A DNA stretch of 12,198 nt, taken from positions 2,094,164-2,106,361 of the forward strand of contig CP070695.1 in NCBI GenBank assembly GCA_020353515.1, in the 5' to 3' direction. Positions within the stretch are counted from its first letter, which is position 1. The number at the start of each line of letters is the position of its first letter. The translations under genes were made by a program, and so were the position numbers. Below are positions 8,166 through 12,198 of the stretch, piece after piece. This DNA comes from Candidatus Heimdallarchaeota archaeon (GTDB taxonomy: Archaea > Asgardarchaeota > Heimdallarchaeia > Hodarchaeales > Hodarchaeaceae). The notes beneath the pieces were generated by a model. That model ran no database searches and was not told where the DNA came from. It saw only the letters and a list, made by a program, of their open reading frames with translations.

Positions 8166-8894
8166 ATGTTGGAAAATAAAAGAGGATTGTTGGCCCAAAT
8201 GAATTTACGGAATCGTACACTAAATTGGCGCGATATCAGTGCGACCAGAGTGATCGCCTCAACATTGGGTGTTCTTGTTGGACTGGCTGGTATAGAACAT
8301 GGATTCTTTGAAATGCTTCAAGGGAATATTACACCCAGTGGTATGTGGATAGACGCCATTGGTCCTGAACAGAGGTTATGGGAGTATGCAACTGAAACAG
8401 CCATAACAATTGTACCAAATTTCTTTTGGACTGGGATCCTAGCTATGAGTATTGGTCTTTTAGTTACGATTTGGTCCGCTTTTTTCATTGAAAGGAAATA
8501 CGGTGCCAGGGTTCTCTTTCTTCTCTCTGTCACCCTGTTTTTGGTTGGAGGTGGTTATGGACCAATATTTTTCACAATCTTTGCTACAATTACAGCAACC
8601 AAGATCAACAAACCATTAACATGGTGGAAAACACATCTCTCAGTAAGCGTACGGGGTTTCCTTGCTAAATTGTGGCCTTGGTCTGTCCCTGCGCTTTTGA
8701 TAACCTTTTGGACTGGGGTAGAAATCGCAATCTTTGGTTATCCTCTACTGTGGTTGTTCAGCGCGGATCTTACGTATGGCTTTCAATGGATTTTTGGCAT
8801 TACATCTCTTGGATTGATGTTTGTGGTCATTTTCTCAGCCCTTGCATACGATATCCAGAAAAAACCCGATTCGCAACATGCACCTACAAGCTAA
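8166..8894 (+). CDS. Hypothetical multi-pass membrane protein (about 5-6 TM)
   Basis: Hydrophobic segments throughout, with the motif GLAGIEHGFFEMLQGN and a loop IDAIGP..ETAITIVPN. An alternative start ATG at 8199 has GAGGA upstream (8181-8185). Confidence 0.8.
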   Translation: MLENKRGLLAQMNLRNRTLNWRDISATRVIASTLGVLVGLAGIEHGFFEMLQGNITPSGMWIDAIGPEQRLWEYATETAITIVPNFFWTGILAMSIGLLVTIWSAFFIERKYGARVLFLLSVTLFLVGGGYGPIFFTIFATITATKINKPLTWWKTHLSVSVRGFLAKLWPWSVPALLITFWTGVEIAIFGYPLLWLFSADLTYGFQWIFGITSLGLMFVVIFSALAYDIQKKPDSQHAPTS

Positions 8895-8990
8895 TTGTGT
8901 TGTCAAACAACGGCACTGTCTCGTTCCTCTCATCTTTTTTTCAGAAGTTAAAAGGAAGAATAAAAGATGAATGTTTTTCACAGCAGATAA

Positions 8991-9707
8991 TCAAAAAGTC
9001 ATCTTGATTAACTCATTCTTTTCTGGGATTACGACTTCTGTGTCAGGTAATTCTTTTTCAACAAGTGTTTTGAACTTCTTCATTTGTGCTTTCTTCCCAT
9101 GTGTGGCCACTGCAACCTTGGGTGTGATGTCTAAAGCCATTTTCAGTCCTTTTTCTGGTGAACAGCTTGGGGAGGGGTAACCAGTGGGTATGAATGCTAA
9201 ATCTGCTTTATAATTCTCTAAGGAGACGTAATCTGAATCACCCCCATGAAATACGCTCAAACCGTTCCATTTGACGTAGAAAACACTAATAGGAGATGGA
9301 TGAATACCTTCGATGCCAATAACGGTAAAATTACCGATATTTATTGGTTTGCTAGGAATTGCACTGAATACTACTTCATTCGGAACCTTATCCTTCAATT
9401 CTTCGAAAATTTGTGGATTCACGATTATTCTTGCTCTTGTTTGTTGGTAAAATTTTATTGTACTCCCTAGATCAAAATGGTCTCGATGTATATGACTATT
9501 TAACTGAAGATCAAGGGTTGTAATCTTCTCTACATTCTTTTTCTTCAAGAATATATTATCATATTTACTTAAATCGAATGCTATTATTCTCTGTATGGCT
9601 TTCAAAAGAATTCCTGCCCAACCAAAATAGATAAAAGCAAAGGCATTTTTCTTTAACGATAATGTTATCAAATCACTTATAGGGTCAAGTCTTTTTTTTT
9701 CTGTCAT
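8991..9707 (-). CDS. Metallo-beta-lactamase-fold hydrolase (UlaG-like)
   Basis: 238 aa. HxHxDH motif (SHIHRDH), GIH, FHGGD, ADLAFIPTG and C-terminal ATH metal ligands. Confidence 0.88.
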   Translation of the reverse strand: MTEKKRLDPISDLITLSLKKNAFAFIYFGWAGILLKAIQRIIAFDLSKYDNIFLKKKNVEKITTLDLQLNSHIHRDHFDLGSTIKFYQQTRARIIVNPQIFEELKDKVPNEVVFSAIPSKPINIGNFTVIGIEGIHPSPISVFYVKWNGLSVFHGGDSDYVSLENYKADLAFIPTGYPSPSCSPEKGLKMALDITPKVAVATHGKKAQMKKFKTLVEKELPDTEVVIPEKNELIKMTF

Positions 9708-9774
9708 TCTCTTATCCTTCCTTTAGAGAATTTTTCTTTTTAAGGAGTTGTAACTGCAATTTTAGCTGGATAAA

Positions 9775-9788
9775 TCAAACTAGTTTGA
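9775..9788. promoter_or_regulatory. Perfect 14-bp palindrome, candidate operator upstream of the MBL-fold gene
   Basis: TCAAACTAGTTTGA lies in the 102-bp gap between the AKR stop and the MBL start. Confidence 0.4.
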
Positions 9789-9809
9789 ATTGACAACCTT
9801 ATTACTTTT

Positions 9810-10766
9810 TCAAATGAATTCTTGAGATAATTCATCTATTGAAGAAAGTTCTCCAGTCGATAAGTTAATAGACATAGCTTGACCATTTATTTGTGATTGG
9901 GAAGCCTTTGTCGCTCCTGGAATTGCTACAACAGTTTCTCCGTGATAGTTTACAAGCCATGAAAGTGCAACTTGAGAAACTGTTGCATCATGACTCTCAG
10001 CAATCCTAGCAAGTTCATCGATCAATGGTTGACTCTTTTCTAGTTTTCTACTGAAAGACCTTCTTCTCATTCGGCCTTTGCTCTTAAGCAGTTTTGGATC
10101 AGAATGAAACTTCCCCGTAAGTAGACCACTATGGAGAGGCCCCCAACAAATAATTGTAATACCTAACTCCTGTGCTGCCTCTAGAACTCCGTTCCGCTCA
10201 ATTTTTCTCTTGAGAAGATTGTAGTTTACCTGATTTGAAGAAAGAGGGATTCCACGTTTCTCCAAAACTTCATGTGCTTTTCTCATTTGATTAGCTGAAA
10301 AATTACTTACTCCAACAGATCGAACTTTTCCTTCTTCTACCAAATCTGCCATATTATTTAATTGGGAATTTAATGAGGAAAAAGAATATGGCAAATGGAT
10401 TTGATGAAGATCAATGGTATAAGGATGGAGATTTTCTATTCGGTTATGGATCGTTTTTTTTATGCTGCCCGCCCATCTCATCATTGGCATCCATTTTGTA
10501 GCGATAACTACTTCTTCATCTTTTATGTTCGCTACTTGGAGTCCTCTGGATAAATTTCTTTCTGAAGCGCCAAATCCATAAGCTTCTGCTGTATCAAACC
10601 AGTTAATCCCATAATCTATTGCTGTTTTGATAATGTCATTTGCATCTTGTTCAGGAATAGGAGGTCGCATGAGATTACCAGATCGGCTTCCACTAGATAG
10701 TTGCATTACCCCTTGACCAATAGGAGTAATTTGTATATCGGTTTTTCCTAGAGTCCGTAACTTCAT
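9810..10766 (-). CDS. Aldo/keto reductase
   Basis: 318 aa. RTLGKTDIQITPIGQG, FDTAEAYG (catalytic D/Y), IATK (K), QIH (H), GKVRSVGVSNF, NQVNYNLL, SQVALSW, IPGA. GGTGA Shine-Dalgarno at 10771-10775 on the minus strand. Confidence 0.95.
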   Translation of the reverse strand: MKLRTLGKTDIQITPIGQGVMQLSSGSRSGNLMRPPIPEQDANDIIKTAIDYGINWFDTAEAYGFGASERNLSRGLQVANIKDEEVVIATKWMPMMRWAGSIKKTIHNRIENLHPYTIDLHQIHLPYSFSSLNSQLNNMADLVEEGKVRSVGVSNFSANQMRKAHEVLEKRGIPLSSNQVNYNLLKRKIERNGVLEAAQELGITIICWGPLHSGLLTGKFHSDPKLLKSKGRMRRRSFSRKLEKSQPLIDELARIAESHDATVSQVALSWLVNYHGETVVAIPGATKASQSQINGQAMSINLSTGELSSIDELSQEFI

Positions 10767-10988
10767 GTAATCACCAAAGTATAATAAAAAAACGGGGTAA
10801 TTTTCTGGGAGGACTCAATTGGTTAACATATTGTGAATTTACTTTTATTCCTTTTTTCCAATATTAGGGACACGAAAATGCCACATTTACCCAGCGTGTT
10901 CATGAAACTTTGTACAGATTAAGGCTTCCAATATATATATGATTGTTTCTATGTTTAGATAGTTCTAGTACTTGCATTAATAACAATT

Positions 10989-11528
10989 TCACTTGTATAT
11001 TTGTAAGAACTTGTACTTCTCCGGATTATCTTCTTTAATTATTTCAGCAGCCTGTTTAACATCAATTTGGATTATTGGTTCTAATTCTTGTCTCAAGTCT
11101 TTTGGTTCTGGTATTTTTCTTGTTATTGCAAATAGTGTTGTCCACAGGTGATCCATAACAAGATTGACTGCTTCTTTGGTATTTATCTTGAACAAAGGGT
11201 CAAAATTCTCCCTAAAGGTGTTCTTATCATGAGTTTCACTTACAGAGAACAGCAATAATTGCCAGATGTGATCTCTGACTTTCCCTAAATCAATCTGGAC
11301 TACTGGCTCTAATTGTTTCCTCAATTCATTCGGATCCTGCGTTTCCCTTGTTAAGGAATATAGTGTTGACCAAAATTGATCTTCAACTAGTGTAAATGCT
11401 TCTTTTGAGTTTATTTTGAATGCTGGGGTATATTTTTCCCTATAAGCCTTCTCATCATCCAGCTCATTGATCGAGGAACAAACTAACATCCAGAAATGCT
11501 TTTTGATCTTTTCTTGATATTCTCCCAT
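10989..11528 (-). CDS. Hypothetical alpha-helical repeat protein (4 x 36-40 aa, ABAB arrangement)
   Basis: 179 aa. W at 13/53/89/129, each followed by R at +17, P at +22 and I at +26. GGTGA Shine-Dalgarno at 11533-11537 and a TTTATA box at 11563-11568, both on the minus strand. Confidence 0.85.
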   Translation of the reverse strand: MGEYQEKIKKHFWMLVCSSINELDDEKAYREKYTPAFKINSKEAFTLVEDQFWSTLYSLTRETQDPNELRKQLEPVVQIDLGKVRDHIWQLLLFSVSETHDKNTFRENFDPLFKINTKEAVNLVMDHLWTTLFAITRKIPEPKDLRQELEPIIQIDVKQAAEIIKEDNPEKYKFLQIYK

Positions 11529-11778
11529 ATTATCACCGATTTATCTCTTGATTTTTATTTAGTATAAATTAGGTTTATTCAGTAAAATAACTGAACTGAA
11601 GAAACTTTTTATATCCTATCGTGGTTAAAAAGAGGGCTTCAATTATATAATTTAGAATCCCCCCAAAAGATAAGATTGGATTTACCGATTAGTAGTGTAA
11701 TAATACCACTAGGGCCCCTTTAGTTAATTGGTTAAAGTTGGTTAGGTTAAGACAGTGGAAAAAAAAGAGAAGACGTAA

Positions 11779-11931
11779 TTATAACTTTTTGTGTCTCCGG
11801 ATTCTGACCACTAGAGTAGCAACAAATATTAGGATGGTAAAGATACTCGGGAAGGCTCCTGAAGCAGCTTCTGAGGACGTTGTGGTCGTTTTAGATGAAG
11901 TTTCTGGTGTAGTTTCTGGAGTATTTTCTGG
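11779..11931 (-). pseudogene. Orphan 3' fragment of a surface-protein gene (S/T linker, TM, basic tail)
   Basis: The minus strand reads PENTPETTPETSSKTTTTSSEAASGAFPSIFTILIFVATLVVRIRRHKKL*. It has no ATG and is immediately preceded by an in-frame TAA (11932-11934). Confidence 0.75.
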
Positions 11932-11988
11932 TTAAATGACGTCCAAAATCCCCTAAAAAATAAGAGAGAGTTGAAGGGATTACTTACT

Positions 11989-12198
11989 ATGGATTGGAAA
12001 AAGATCGCTAGTAAACAAAATCTGTATCTTAATTCTGCAGCATTAAGCAATTTCTTATTTTATGCCTTCTTAATTCCTGCTGCCCTGTTATATCCTGGGT
12101 ATTCCCCTTTTCGCCACACGGTTTCAGCTTTAGGAAATACTACGAAAAATCCTAATGGTTGGTTTCTTTTTAGTATATGCCTTATTTTAATGGCTATC
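11989..12198 (+). CDS. 5' part of a DUF998-like membrane protein (runs off the window)
   Basis: 70 open codons not in the ORF track: MDWKKIASKQNLYLNSAALSNFLFYAFLIPAALLYPGYSPFRHTVSALGNTTKNPNGWFLFSICLILMAI. The TM-YPGYS-x5-SxLG-TM pattern is typical of DUF998. Confidence 0.75.
   Translation, partial: MDWKKIASKQNLYLNSAALSNFLFYAFLIPAALLYPGYSPFRHTVSALGNTTKNPNGWFLFSICLILMAI

Noticed and set aside
5326-9707. Antibiotic-resistance call for the two beta-lactamase-fold genes
   Set aside because: Only superfamily motifs are visible. Neither has a signal peptide, and most members are peptidases, esterases or other hydrolases.
11382-11396. Exact 15-bp inverted match (TTCAACTAGTGTAAA) to 8044-8058
   Set aside because: It lies inside a CDS (codons FTLVE), and one such match is plausible by chance in 12 kb of AT-rich sequence.
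212-12050. Short ORFs 212-427, 3249-3434, 3961-4179, 4540-4752, 7285-7506, 7379-7663, 8318-8533, 8672-9007, 8971-9180, 9246-9470, 11738-11935 and 11829-12050
   Set aside because: They are antisense or alternate-frame shadows of better-supported genes or fragments and carry no recognisable motifs.

Overview
AT-rich, archaeal-looking accessory region. The gene styles (TrmB regulator, membrane-tethered winged-helix regulators, PG[FY]-TM-basic C-termini, GGTGA Shine-Dalgarno sites) suggest an Asgard/Heimdallarchaeia-type genome; this is inference only. From left to right it contains: a signal-peptide/Asp-box beta-propeller/TM/double-wHTH putative one-component sensor; a surface protein with a tandem ~230-aa domain plus FN3 and a C-terminal anchor; a frameshifted wHTH-TM pseudogene; a beta-lactamase-family serine hydrolase; a TrmB-family regulator divergent from an unknown membrane protein; an MBL-fold hydrolase; an aldo/keto reductase; a small 4-repeat helical protein; an orphan 3' fragment of a surface-protein gene; and the 5' part of a DUF998-like membrane gene missed by the ORF track. 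The most unusual signals are (1) a 72-bp foldable direct repeat (7-78 and 4456-4527, 67/72 identical) bracketing the two surface/sensor genes and abutting the pseudogene, and (2) a 63-bp nearly invariant tract inside otherwise synonymously diverged domain copies of the surface protein. I saw no rRNA, tRNA, CRISPR array, transposase, integrase or reverse transcriptase, so no complete new system can be shown from this window alone.
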